A stretch of 64,000 nt of DNA from Acidobacteriota bacterium. Lineage in GTDB: Bacteria; Acidobacteriota; UBA6911; RPQK01; JAJDTT01. Made by a program: the position numbers and the translations under genes. The stretch's first letter is position 1. Each line of letters starts with the position of its first letter. The DNA is taken from contig OZ242374.1 in the NCBI GenBank assembly GCA_965209055.1, positions 768,001-832,000 on the forward strand. Direction: 5' to 3'. The notes below the pieces were generated by a model, which made no database searches, had not been told where the DNA came from, and saw only the letters and a program-made list of their open reading frames with translations. Below are positions 50,036 to 58,759 of the stretch, piece after piece.

Positions 50036-50254
50036 TACACCATAATAAACGGGAACGGGATGGATATCAAGGGATGTCAGGGGAGGACGAAACGGGGTGA
50101 GAACAGTTATAAACTTAATAAATACAACGACTTAAAAGACATTCCGGGATCTCTTTGGATTTCTCTGGATTCAATGGACATGTTGCCGTCCCCCCTACCC
50201 CCCCCCCCCCCCCCCCCCCCCCAATCGGCGGTAAGAAAACCGCCGCTCCTCCCC

Positions 50255-51952
50255 TCATTCGTCCCTCGTCGCTGCGATCCGCTCGATGAGCATTCCAGCC
50301 GGGTCCGGCGACGCCGCGCTGGAGCGCACCCGCAAGTAGCTCAGAGGATCGCTGTCGTTGTTCAGACGGGGCAGATCCAATGCGGTCTTGCCGTCGACCA
50401 CCACCGAGCAGCGGTTGCGATTCAGGTCCCAGGCGAGGCGGAGAGCATGCCAGCGGCCCTTGGCCAGGACCGGTCCGCCCTCGATCCTTCCAGCGGCGTC
50501 TAAATGAAGCCGGAAAACCTCCAACCGTTCGGCCGCCGGCTCAGCCGGCTGAATAAACCGGTCGGCGAGAGCGATGACTCCGCCCCCGAAGCCTTCCGGC
50601 AGCAGGACCCGGAGTGAGACCTGCCCTCGCCTTCCGGCCGGAAAGTTCCAGACCGCCTCGTCGCCGCTCTTCTCATCGGGCCGCCGCACCTGAAGCGACT
50701 TGGCGCCCTCCCGGGTGGGATGATCCACCAGCCGGGGACCCTGGACTCGGTCGCGCCAGTAGTATTCGGCGGGCCCGAAGGGCTTGAAGACGCTCCAGCC
50801 TTCCAACCCCGCCGAGAAGTCGTCCTCACGGGTGGTGGCCCCGATCCATTCCGGGTCGATGCGCACCAGGGCGATCCGGCCCTGCCCCTGACCCGTCGCC
50901 AGGATGACCTGTCCGTCACGGGTCGCCGTGGAAAACGGATAGGCGGTTCCTCGGTCGCCCCGCCGGGGAGGGGGCCGGTTGCGGTTGGGATCCCGGAAGG
51001 CCTCCCGAAATCCCTTCCAGGTCCGTCCTTCGTCGCCGGAGATGGCCACGTGGAGGGCATCGCGTGTCGTGTACACGGGCTCCCCGTCCACACGGGACGG
51101 GTTCTCGCAGTTGTTCCAGAACACCACCAGCCGGCCGTCGGGCAGGCGCAACAGGTTGGCCGGAGAGTTGGAGGAGCGGAAGCGGGTGGGCCTGGCCTCG
51201 GACCACTCGACCCCGTCCGGGGAGAACGATTCGTAGAGGAATCCTGTCTGGGTCCGGATCAACATCCAGACCCGTCCGTCCCGAAGCTGGACCGCCACCG
51301 GTTCGGTCGCGCCGTAGTTACTGCCGATGTAGCCGCTGTGGCAGGGAGAGGTGAGCCGCGCCGGCGAGAGCCGCCAGCTCCGGCCGCCGTCGTCCGAGGT
51401 GCTAGTGGTGACCACGTGGGACCCCGTGGGCGGCTCCGACCGCAATCCCGGAACCCAGAACTGGTGGGGCACTACGATCCTTCCGCTCTCGAGTTGGAGG
51501 ACCCCGTTCAGGGCGCCCACGTAGCCTTCGAAGATCCTCTTGGGATCGGACCACCGCGAGCGGCCGTCCCGCGTCGCCGCGTGCCAGATGTCGTAGAAGT
51601 AATCCACCGTCGGCGTCCGCCCGGCACCCCGCAGCACCAGCATGAAGGCGTGGAGCTCTCCCTCCCGGTCCACCAGAACCACCGGAACTCCGGCGGGATT
51701 CCTGAAGTCGAACTCGACCCGGGGCTCGCTCCAGGTGGCTCCTCCGTCGATGGAGCGGATCGAGGCGCAGTGTTTTCCGGAGACCATGTAGAGAATGCAG
51801 AGTTCGCCTCCCGGCAGCGTCACGATCGCCTTGCCGGGCGGAGACGCCTGGAGCAACACCGGCGGCTCGGCGCTCCGGACCGGAGTTTCCAGACCGACCA
51901 TGAGCAGGGTCGTCAGGAAATAATTTCGAACGATGCGGCCGGAATGGGTCAT
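50255..51952 (-). CDS. Exo-alpha-sialidase/BNR-repeat glycoside hydrolase
   Basis: Asp-boxes SIDGGATW, SDDGGRSW, SPDGVEW, SGDEGRTW; EP..QLRDGRVWMLIR; AYP. Confidence 0.82.
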   Translation of the reverse strand: MTHSGRIVRNYFLTTLLMVGLETPVRSAEPPVLLQASPPGKAIVTLPGGELCILYMVSGKHCASIRSIDGGATWSEPRVEFDFRNPAGVPVVLVDREGELHAFMLVLRGAGRTPTVDYFYDIWHAATRDGRSRWSDPKRIFEGYVGALNGVLQLESGRIVVPHQFWVPGLRSEPPTGSHVVTTSTSDDGGRSWRLSPARLTSPCHSGYIGSNYGATEPVAVQLRDGRVWMLIRTQTGFLYESFSPDGVEWSEARPTRFRSSNSPANLLRLPDGRLVVFWNNCENPSRVDGEPVYTTRDALHVAISGDEGRTWKGFREAFRDPNRNRPPPRRGDRGTAYPFSTATRDGQVILATGQGQGRIALVRIDPEWIGATTREDDFSAGLEGWSVFKPFGPAEYYWRDRVQGPRLVDHPTREGAKSLQVRRPDEKSGDEAVWNFPAGRRGQVSLRVLLPEGFGGGVIALADRFIQPAEPAAERLEVFRLHLDAAGRIEGGPVLAKGRWHALRLAWDLNRNRCSVVVDGKTALDLPRLNNDSDPLSYLRVRSSAASPDPAGMLIERIAATRDE

Positions 51953-52370
51953 CCCATCGTGAATCGTAGTCCACCGGAGACACGAAGTGGAATCGGAATG
52001 TCGGAGGCGAGTGGAACTGGACCGCCAACGGTGTGAACACTGTCCAGCGTGTCGGCTCAGAGATTTGCCTACTACGAAACGCAGACGGACAAGGTAAAAT
52101 CGGCCGGACAAATAATTCCAGAAGTAGTATCGCATCGACTTGCTACGGTCACCGAGGGTTTCTCCCGCAAATGTCATGTCCAATTGGGGGTAACAGGGAC
52201 AGCTTGGCCAAACGCAGCCGCAGTTTCATGGTCGAGATCGACGAAGAGTTGATCGGAGGCTATCTTGGGACAGCCTCGTCGCCTTTCGATGCCGGCGGTC
52301 GCCGGCACTGCTGCGGCAACATGGTCGACGATCGGGCAACTGAGAGCCAGAAAGAAATCCAGATAGATCA

Positions 52371-52682
52371 ATGACATCACGCATCGCCCTTCCAGAGGAA
52401 GAAATCGCTGCCTTTTGCCGGCGTTGGCGCATCATTGAATTGGCGGTGTTTGGTTCAGTGTTGCGAGACGATTTTAGTCCCGAAAGCGACGTGGATGTAC
52501 TCGTCCGCTTTGACCCGCAAGCGCGTCACACTCTTCTGGATGTTGCACAGATGCAGGACGAGTTGAGTTTGACGCTCGGCCGGGAGGCGGACTTGGTCGA
52601 GAGAGCTGCCGTCGAGCGAAGTCCAAACTACATTCGCCGCAGGGCCATTCTCCAGTCTGCCGAGATCGTATATGCGGCGTAG
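52371..52682 (+). CDS. MNT nucleotidyltransferase antitoxin (MntA-like)
   Basis: FGSVLRDDFSPESDVDVLV (GSx10DxD). Confidence 0.9.
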   Translation: MTSRIALPEEEIAAFCRRWRIIELAVFGSVLRDDFSPESDVDVLVRFDPQARHTLLDVAQMQDELSLTLGREADLVERAAVERSPNYIRRRAILQSAEIVYAA

Positions 52683-53013
52683 CGACGCCTATCTCCTCGA
52701 CATGTTGATGGCGGCGCGCGAGGCGAGACGATTCGCCGTGAGCCTGACGTTTCCGGAGTTCGAGCAAAACCGCATGGCGCAGCTTGCCATCTTGAAGGCA
52801 GTAGAAGTCGTTGGCGAAGCGGCGTCCCATGTGAGCGCCGAATTCAGGGCAGAACATCCGGAAATTCCCTGGTCCAAAATCATCGGAATGCGGAATCGTC
52901 TCGTCCATGGGTATTTCAGTGTCCGCCTGGAGCGGGTATGGGACACCGTGAAGCAAGACCTCCCACGTCTTATCTCCCAACTGGAACCGCTGGTCCCACC
53001 AGAAATGGAATAG
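52672..53013 (+). CDS. HepT-like HEPN ribonuclease toxin (DUF86)
   Basis: IGMRNRLVHGY (Rx4HxY); overlaps the MNT gene. Confidence 0.9.
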   Translation: MRRSDAYLLDMLMAAREARRFAVSLTFPEFEQNRMAQLAILKAVEVVGEAASHVSAEFRAEHPEIPWSKIIGMRNRLVHGYFSVRLERVWDTVKQDLPRLISQLEPLVPPEME

Positions 53014-53092
53014 CGACTCGCACAGCAATTGATCCGTAGACCATCGGCTATTGCCAGGTAGATCCGATCGAAAACTGGAGCCATTTCCACAG

Positions 53093-53947
53093 TCAGTTGT
53101 CGGATTTCGTGCAGCCGATCCGCGTCAAGGGTATGAACCGAGGTGTCGAGGCTTGGTAGTCGCGGTACGCGGGGTATCGATCCAGAGATATGGATTCGGT
53201 CAATCTTGTCGACCCGCCAAAGATGAACATCAGGAAAATGAATCCCAGGCTGGACCAATGGATCCATTGGCCGGTTGCCGCGACCCCGAACAGGTAGAAC
53301 ACGGTCCACATGCCCATCTCGCAGACAAAACTGGGATGGCGGCAGTACCGGAACAAGCCGCTGTTGACGAAGGGCTGCGTCACGGGTTCACCCGCCTCGA
53401 TCCTGCGCTTCTTGTCCTGCTGAAACGTCCACATCTGCTGGTCGTTGATCGCTTCCACGACCCAAAACGCCACGAACAGTGCCATCGCGGCGGCATCCAG
53501 GACATTCAGGGGCCGATCCTGCCGGGTCCAGGCCTGATGCACCGGAGACGTGAACAGCCAGATGACGAGCAACTGCCCGGGTGCGACGAAGGTGAGATTG
53601 AGGATTTGAAACTTGATCGGACCAAGCTGTTCCCGCAGGGCTTTCCAGCGATAGTCTTCACCGCCGCGCCGATACCCGCCCTTGCGAGCCAGATTGAAGG
53701 TCAATCGGACCCCCCACGCAAAAACCAGGAGCGCCATGACGTTGAGCCGCGCCGAACCGAAGTCCGAGTCGGCGGCCACCATCAGGCAATAGATGGGGGG
53801 ACAGACGGTCCAGATGCGGTCCACCCAGGAATATTCGCGGGTGATGACCGACAAGAGCCAGCAGGCGATGGCGAGAACCACCGTCAGGTCGAGGGCTGCT
53901 CCGTACGGAGTGCCCTGAAGCGGATGGGAAATGAGGTTGATGTCCAT
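53093..53947 (-). CDS. DUF1295 / steroid 5-alpha-reductase-like membrane protein
   Basis: YSWVDRIW, WGVRLTFN, GEDYRW, GLFRYCRHP. Confidence 0.88.
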   Translation of the reverse strand: MDINLISHPLQGTPYGAALDLTVVLAIACWLLSVITREYSWVDRIWTVCPPIYCLMVAADSDFGSARLNVMALLVFAWGVRLTFNLARKGGYRRGGEDYRWKALREQLGPIKFQILNLTFVAPGQLLVIWLFTSPVHQAWTRQDRPLNVLDAAAMALFVAFWVVEAINDQQMWTFQQDKKRRIEAGEPVTQPFVNSGLFRYCRHPSFVCEMGMWTVFYLFGVAATGQWIHWSSLGFIFLMFIFGGSTRLTESISLDRYPAYRDYQASTPRFIPLTRIGCTKSDN

Positions 53948-53998
53948 TGACCTGATCTTTTTGGCCCGGGCTGGACCCGGAGCGCCGTTTTTCGGCTG

Positions 53999-55522
53999 CT
54001 ATCGGAACCTCAGGGAGTAGAGATCCGCGTCCTTCATCACCAGGCGCAGGCGCACCGGATTCCCGGCGAGGCGCCGGAGAGGCCTGTCCGAAATCGCTTT
54101 GCGGTGACTTCGCTCCCACCGGACCACCTGCTCGATCTCGTCCCCCCAGATCAGCGGCGACTCCTCCAGGGAGAACCCGGGAACGGGGTGGCCGCGGACA
54201 TCCTGTATCTCCACCCGGATGCTGCCGGCGGCCGAGGTGGCGAAGTTGAGGACCAGGTTGTCCCCCTCGAAGAGCAGCGGTTTGGTGATCATTTCGCCGC
54301 CGGACCAGCCGGCGTGGACCGAGACGAACCCATCGGTGCGCAGCACCAGCCGCTGCAGGTGGTTGGTGGGCGCCGAGCGGTGACGCTCGACGTAGAGGGA
54401 GATTTCGTCCTCGGCGGTGGGGACGATGCCCCGCGCCGGCGTATTGGTCCGCTGCGGCCAGTTGCGCGGGTCGCGGCCGGGCCGGATGAACGACTCCAGG
54501 AAGCGGCGGTCCCAGCGGACCCCGTCGCGGCTGCTCATGAGGACTCCGTCGGACGCGCCCGGCACCGGAGCGTCCGGGTAGAGCTGCCGCCAGGGGAGAA
54601 AACGTCTCGGCAGAGCCAGAAAGAGGTGCGGGGCGCGGAAATAGGCGACGGTCCCGTTGGTGTAGAGGTGTTCCGGAGGAGTGTCTCCGAAGTCGCCCCA
54701 CTGCCCGGCCGTCCAATCCAGAAAATTCGCCGAGGTGGCGTGCTTGATGGTTCGCACGCCGTGGCGGAAGTCGCGGTAGAAGGCGACGTAGCGGTTTCGC
54801 ACCGAGTCCCAAAAGGTGACGTTCAGGGAATCGAATTTCCCGTCGGTGAGAAGCGGCTCCTCCCGCAGGCGCTTCCAGCGGATGCCGTCCGGGGAGACGT
54901 AACCCAGCAGCACCGGTTGTCCGTCCATCCGGCCGCTGCCCACGGCCTTGTAGCGCTGCTCGGGAGGGGCGTCGGGATTGGTGTCCTTGAAGGGGGAGAA
55001 GTTGTGCCCGCCGGAGCCGGTCCAGACGATGTTGTTGTCCGTGGAGCCGTTGAACTCGAACCGGCCGAGCGACGGTCGGGTCCAGATGATCCCGTCACGA
55101 CTCTCGGCGTAGCAGGCCACCTGGGGGTGATCCGGCACGGACGTTTCACCCGGCCTCAAAAGGGAGGGGACCGCGTATCCCCTGGAGCTGGCGCCCCGGT
55201 AGTACATGCGGTAACGGCCGCCGTCCCGGAACACGGTGACGTAGCCGCTGTTTCCCCCTTCCCATTCCCGGTCGAAGAAGAGAACCCGCTCCGCCGGTCG
55301 GGGAGAGTGAAGCTTCAGCCGCGCTCCCTTCAGCGACTCGATGAGGTGGCCGTCCACGAACAATTCGAGCCGGGAGCCGATGGACAGGGAGTCGGGCTGC
55401 GTCTTCCGAGAGGGCTCGGCACCCGCGGCGAGGGCCACGGAAACAAGACAGGCGGCCATCGGTGCCGCCCTCATCGTTCCTCTTCCGTTCCGCCGAGGAA
55501 CTTCCATGGGTTCGGAATCCAT
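53999..55522 (-). CDS. Secreted beta-propeller glycoside hydrolase-like protein
   Basis: LELFVD, CYAESRDGIIW, SPDGIRW, FDSLN, SRDGVRW, LRTDGFVS. Confidence 0.7.
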   Translation of the reverse strand: MDSEPMEVPRRNGRGTMRAAPMAACLVSVALAAGAEPSRKTQPDSLSIGSRLELFVDGHLIESLKGARLKLHSPRPAERVLFFDREWEGGNSGYVTVFRDGGRYRMYYRGASSRGYAVPSLLRPGETSVPDHPQVACYAESRDGIIWTRPSLGRFEFNGSTDNNIVWTGSGGHNFSPFKDTNPDAPPEQRYKAVGSGRMDGQPVLLGYVSPDGIRWKRLREEPLLTDGKFDSLNVTFWDSVRNRYVAFYRDFRHGVRTIKHATSANFLDWTAGQWGDFGDTPPEHLYTNGTVAYFRAPHLFLALPRRFLPWRQLYPDAPVPGASDGVLMSSRDGVRWDRRFLESFIRPGRDPRNWPQRTNTPARGIVPTAEDEISLYVERHRSAPTNHLQRLVLRTDGFVSVHAGWSGGEMITKPLLFEGDNLVLNFATSAAGSIRVEIQDVRGHPVPGFSLEESPLIWGDEIEQVVRWERSHRKAISDRPLRRLAGNPVRLRLVMKDADLYSLRFR

Positions 55523-55587
55523 ATTGAGCTATTCTTGTACCAACTCTGACATTCCCTCGCTACGTCCGAGCAGCAAACGGAGGCGCC

Positions 55588-57213
55588 ATGGATCACAGGA
55601 TGAAATCCCGTCGACGGTTTGGAGCATCCCGGGCCGCGGGCGCGGCCGGTCCGGCCCTGATCCTGGCGCTCTTGTCCATGCCGCCGCTTTCCGCCACGGT
55701 CCTGGAAATCGGCAACGGAAAGCAACTCTTCATCGACGACTACGTCATCGAGTCGCTGGACGGCACCGTCTTCAAGCTCTTGAACCAACCTCTCAAATAT
55801 GCCGGGAACCCGGTGATCGAGATGGACCAGTGCTGGGAGGCGGACATGCACTTCGCCAACTCTCCCAATCTGGTCTACGACGAGGCGGACCGCCGCTTCA
55901 AGATGTGGAATCAGGCGGTCAACTACTCCTGGTCCACCAGCCTGCTGGGCTACTACGTCTCGGAAGATGGGCTGCGCTGGGAGAAGCCGCCGGTGGGACA
56001 GTTCGAGTACAAGTCGGACTACTGCCGGAGAGAGGCGTCCGGTTCCCACAACTTCGTGTTCGGCAACGCCCATCGGCTGGGTGCTCCCGGAGTCTTCAAG
56101 GATCTTCACGAAACCGATCCCGCGAAACGCTACAAGATGCTCTACAACCGGAGGCGTCCCGAGAGCGGTGTCTGGGCCGCGTACTCGGCCGACGGAATCC
56201 AATGGAAGGACTACCCGTACCCGGAAGTGAATCCGGTCTACCTCAACAACGACACCCACCAGGCGGTGTTCTGGGACGAACAACGGGAGAGCTATGTGGC
56301 CCACATCCGGCTCAAGCCTCCCCTTTTCGCCGACGATCCCAGGTTCCATTTCAAGAACCGGAAAGGGAACGTCAGGACTCCCGGTATCGCCACCAGTCCC
56401 GACTTCATCCACTGGGACGCTCCCAAGGACATGCGGGATCCGGTGGAGGTGAACCGGAAGTACATCCTGGTGGCGCCCGACGCGGAGGACGGCCCCTGCA
56501 CCGCCGGGTTCTACACCTTCGAGATCCTTCAGTACGAAGGGGTCTACGTGGGCTTCCTCACCCCGTATCACGTCTGTCCCGGGATGGAGCCCGAGATTCC
56601 TCCGGTGCGGGGAAATGCCCGAAATCCCTGGATGGATCGGATCGACATCCAGTTGGCCTTCAGCCGGGACGGAAAGGTCTGGCAACGGGTGGGGAATCGG
56701 CGCACCTTCATCCCCAACGGTCCCGAGGGGAGCTACGACGCCGGCATGATCTTCGTGGCCCAGCAGCCGGTCGTGCGGGAGGAGCTGGAAGAAATCTGGA
56801 TTTACTACGTGGGGTTCGAACGGGGCCACTGGGCCGTCCGGCGGGGCGGGAATCAGGAGAGCTCGGTGTCGCTGGCCACGCTGCGGCTGGACGGGTTTGT
56901 CTCGCTGACCGCGGGAGAGGGATCGGTGACCACCAAGCCGCTGGTATTCGCGGGAGAACGGTTGGAGATCAATGCCGCCACGGCCGGACCTCAGGGCGAA
57001 GTCTCCGCCGAAATCCTCGACCCCGAGACGGGGCGGCCAATACCGGGCTACGCGAGAAAAGACTGCGACGCCTTCCAGGGAGATTCGGTCCGCCATGCCG
57101 TGACCTGGAAGGGCAAGGGGCGGGTGGGGCGGCTGGCCGGGCAACCGGTCCAACTGCGCTTCCATCTGAAGCAGGCCAAGCTCTTCTCCTTCCGCTTTCG
57201 TTACGGGCGATGA
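55588..57213 (+). CDS. Secreted beta-propeller glycoside hydrolase-like protein (close paralog of 28688-30304)
   Basis: Shares CWEADMHF, NNDTHQ, MRDPVEVNRKYILV, DRIDIQLAFSRDG. Confidence 0.7.
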   Translation: MDHRMKSRRRFGASRAAGAAGPALILALLSMPPLSATVLEIGNGKQLFIDDYVIESLDGTVFKLLNQPLKYAGNPVIEMDQCWEADMHFANSPNLVYDEADRRFKMWNQAVNYSWSTSLLGYYVSEDGLRWEKPPVGQFEYKSDYCRREASGSHNFVFGNAHRLGAPGVFKDLHETDPAKRYKMLYNRRRPESGVWAAYSADGIQWKDYPYPEVNPVYLNNDTHQAVFWDEQRESYVAHIRLKPPLFADDPRFHFKNRKGNVRTPGIATSPDFIHWDAPKDMRDPVEVNRKYILVAPDAEDGPCTAGFYTFEILQYEGVYVGFLTPYHVCPGMEPEIPPVRGNARNPWMDRIDIQLAFSRDGKVWQRVGNRRTFIPNGPEGSYDAGMIFVAQQPVVREELEEIWIYYVGFERGHWAVRRGGNQESSVSLATLRLDGFVSLTAGEGSVTTKPLVFAGERLEINAATAGPQGEVSAEILDPETGRPIPGYARKDCDAFQGDSVRHAVTWKGKGRVGRLAGQPVQLRFHLKQAKLFSFRFRYGR

Positions 57214-57289
57214 GGAAACCGAACGAAGAGAAATCGTCTCGATCCAACAGGGATAAGAGAGCTGAAGTGTCGACGAAGATCGACGTCAC
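57210..57289 (-). pseudogene. VapC/PIN toxin remnant (internal deletion)
   Basis: MTSIFVDTSALLSLLDRDD joined directly to a C-terminal-like FSSFGF; GTGA overlap with the antitoxin. Confidence 0.7.
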
Positions 57290-57531
57290 TCGTCGAAGGT
57301 CTCCGCCAGGTAGTCGTCGTGACGACGGCCCAGATCCTTCACGCCGCTGGATGCAATACCGGCAATGCTCAACAGCCCCTCCACGCCGGACTGTTTTTCC
57401 TTTAATCCTTCTCGGAGACTCTGTCGGACGAGGCGGCGAACCGCTTCGGAAATTGAAATCCTCTTCCGATGAGCCAGAGATCGGATTTGCTGATATTGCC
57501 TTTCTTCGAACTGAATCTGAGTTCGTACCAT
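57286..57531 (-). CDS. Ribbon-helix-helix (VapB/CopG-like) antitoxin
   Basis: MVRTQIQF..ISISEAVRRLV..DLGRRHDDYL. Confidence 0.8.
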   Translation of the reverse strand: MVRTQIQFEERQYQQIRSLAHRKRISISEAVRRLVRQSLREGLKEKQSGVEGLLSIAGIASSGVKDLGRRHDDYLAETFDE

Positions 57532-57706
57532 GTCGTCATGCTGGGTTCGTGTCATATCCCGGCCCGGCCGGACCGCCGCGGACACCCCTCGCGCCCCACC
57601 CGAACATTGCCGCCCACGCCACCAGTTTCTCGGGGGATCATGCCGGAGGGCCGCCGGTGCGGGTCGCTAATGAGGGGGATTCCAACAATGGCGCCCAAGG
57701 GCGGGG

Positions 57707-58273
57707 CTACGACTTGCTCAACTCGTCTCGAAGCACAATCGCCAAGACCTGCAAGATGCCGTCCATTTGCACTCCCATTTCAAAAGCGCATTTTTCCAGC
57801 ACAGCCAAATAGGATTCGGAGGGAGTGTACTCAAACAGGCAATATCGAATGCAGTATTCTTGAATCCGGTAGTCAGACTTCCCGGCGACTTCCGCTCGGT
57901 GCTTTTCCACTTCACCCTTGGCCCATGAAGACGCATCAATCGAGCGTGCCGCCTCTTTGCCATGAGAGGTCAAGGTCATTGGGCTGTTCGTTCCAAACAG
58001 AGCCTCCCTTGGTCCTCCCAACAGAAACAAGATGAGGTTTCCGATTTTGTCTTCGATTTTGGCAAGGCGTCTGTCAACGCGCCCCCTCCACTCTGGAAAA
58101 TCCTCGGTTGCCGTCAATAGGTCGTTGATTTTTTGTCTCCGTGCCCCTGCCTTCATCAGTCCATTGATTGCGGCCGCAATAGCACAAAGAATCGCAGTGA
58201 TCCCTGCCCCGACACCGATCACGTGGGTCAAATTCCAATTCGTCTCGTCAACCGTGATGGATTCAAGTGTCAT
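57707..58273 (-). CDS. Hypothetical membrane-anchored protein
   Basis: AT-richer ORF with an N-terminal transmembrane segment, a short coil and an NSPMTLT motif. Confidence 0.6.
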   Translation of the reverse strand: MTLESITVDETNWNLTHVIGVGAGITAILCAIAAAINGLMKAGARRQKINDLLTATEDFPEWRGRVDRRLAKIEDKIGNLILFLLGGPREALFGTNSPMTLTSHGKEAARSIDASSWAKGEVEKHRAEVAGKSDYRIQEYCIRYCLFEYTPSESYLAVLEKCAFEMGVQMDGILQVLAIVLRDELSKS

Positions 58274-58479
58274 TGCCCAAAAGTATGCGGGCAAGCTGGG
58301 GGATAGTGCGAGGGCTTCGGGCATTTGAGACTCCGATTCTCAGTTGTGGTTCAACGAGGTCCCAGTCGTAATTATACCTTCGCTACCGAAAAGTTAACAC
58401 AGGACTCGATGGCAGCGACGGATGGTACCACCATGGGAGCATGGACCATGTGCCAGATCGAATCGGACAGCCCGGCTTC

Positions 58480-58690
58480 CATTTGCTATCCCGGCCCATG
58501 GCGATGAAGATCCACTGGGTGCCGGCCGTCTCCGGGTCCGCCGATGTCCCACGCTGATCCTTGCTGGCGACATAGGACCAGGGTTCGTCTATCTCAACGA
58601 CTGAGGGACTGGAACCACGAGACTCCGGTGCGCACGGAGTCAGGCCAGGACGTTAATTGGGTTCCCAGGAGCACGAACGCCGATGCCGCG
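58480..58690 (-). pseudogene. IS1-family transposase fragment
   Basis: VEIDEPWSYVASK...GTQWIFIAMGRDSK resembles the IS1 DDE motif (DExWSFVxxK..WxWxAxDxDSK). Confidence 0.5.
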
Positions 58691-58759
58691 GCATGGCTGG
58701 AATATGGACGTCCCGGTTCGCCTGTACGATCCGGAATCGGGGGTAAACAACTCCCGCTC

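Larger units (their letters stand above)
33798..50193. mobile_element. ~16.4-kb integrase-driven defence island inserted in a REP
   Basis: 10-bp direct repeat TGCCGTCCCC (33798-33807, 50184-50193); shared end motifs TAAACGGGA and TGGAYTCMATGGACA; P4-type integrase at the right end; cargo reads as lower GC. Confidence 0.8.

Noticed and set aside
50198-50222. Long poly-C run as a G-quadruplex or phase-variation tract
   Set aside because: Intergenic extension of the REP-associated C tract (shorter at 27013); homopolymer length is unreliable without reads.
52371-53013. MNT-HEPN pair as part of the island or as a novel system
   Set aside because: It lies outside the att repeat at 50193 and is a canonical, well-described toxin-antitoxin module.
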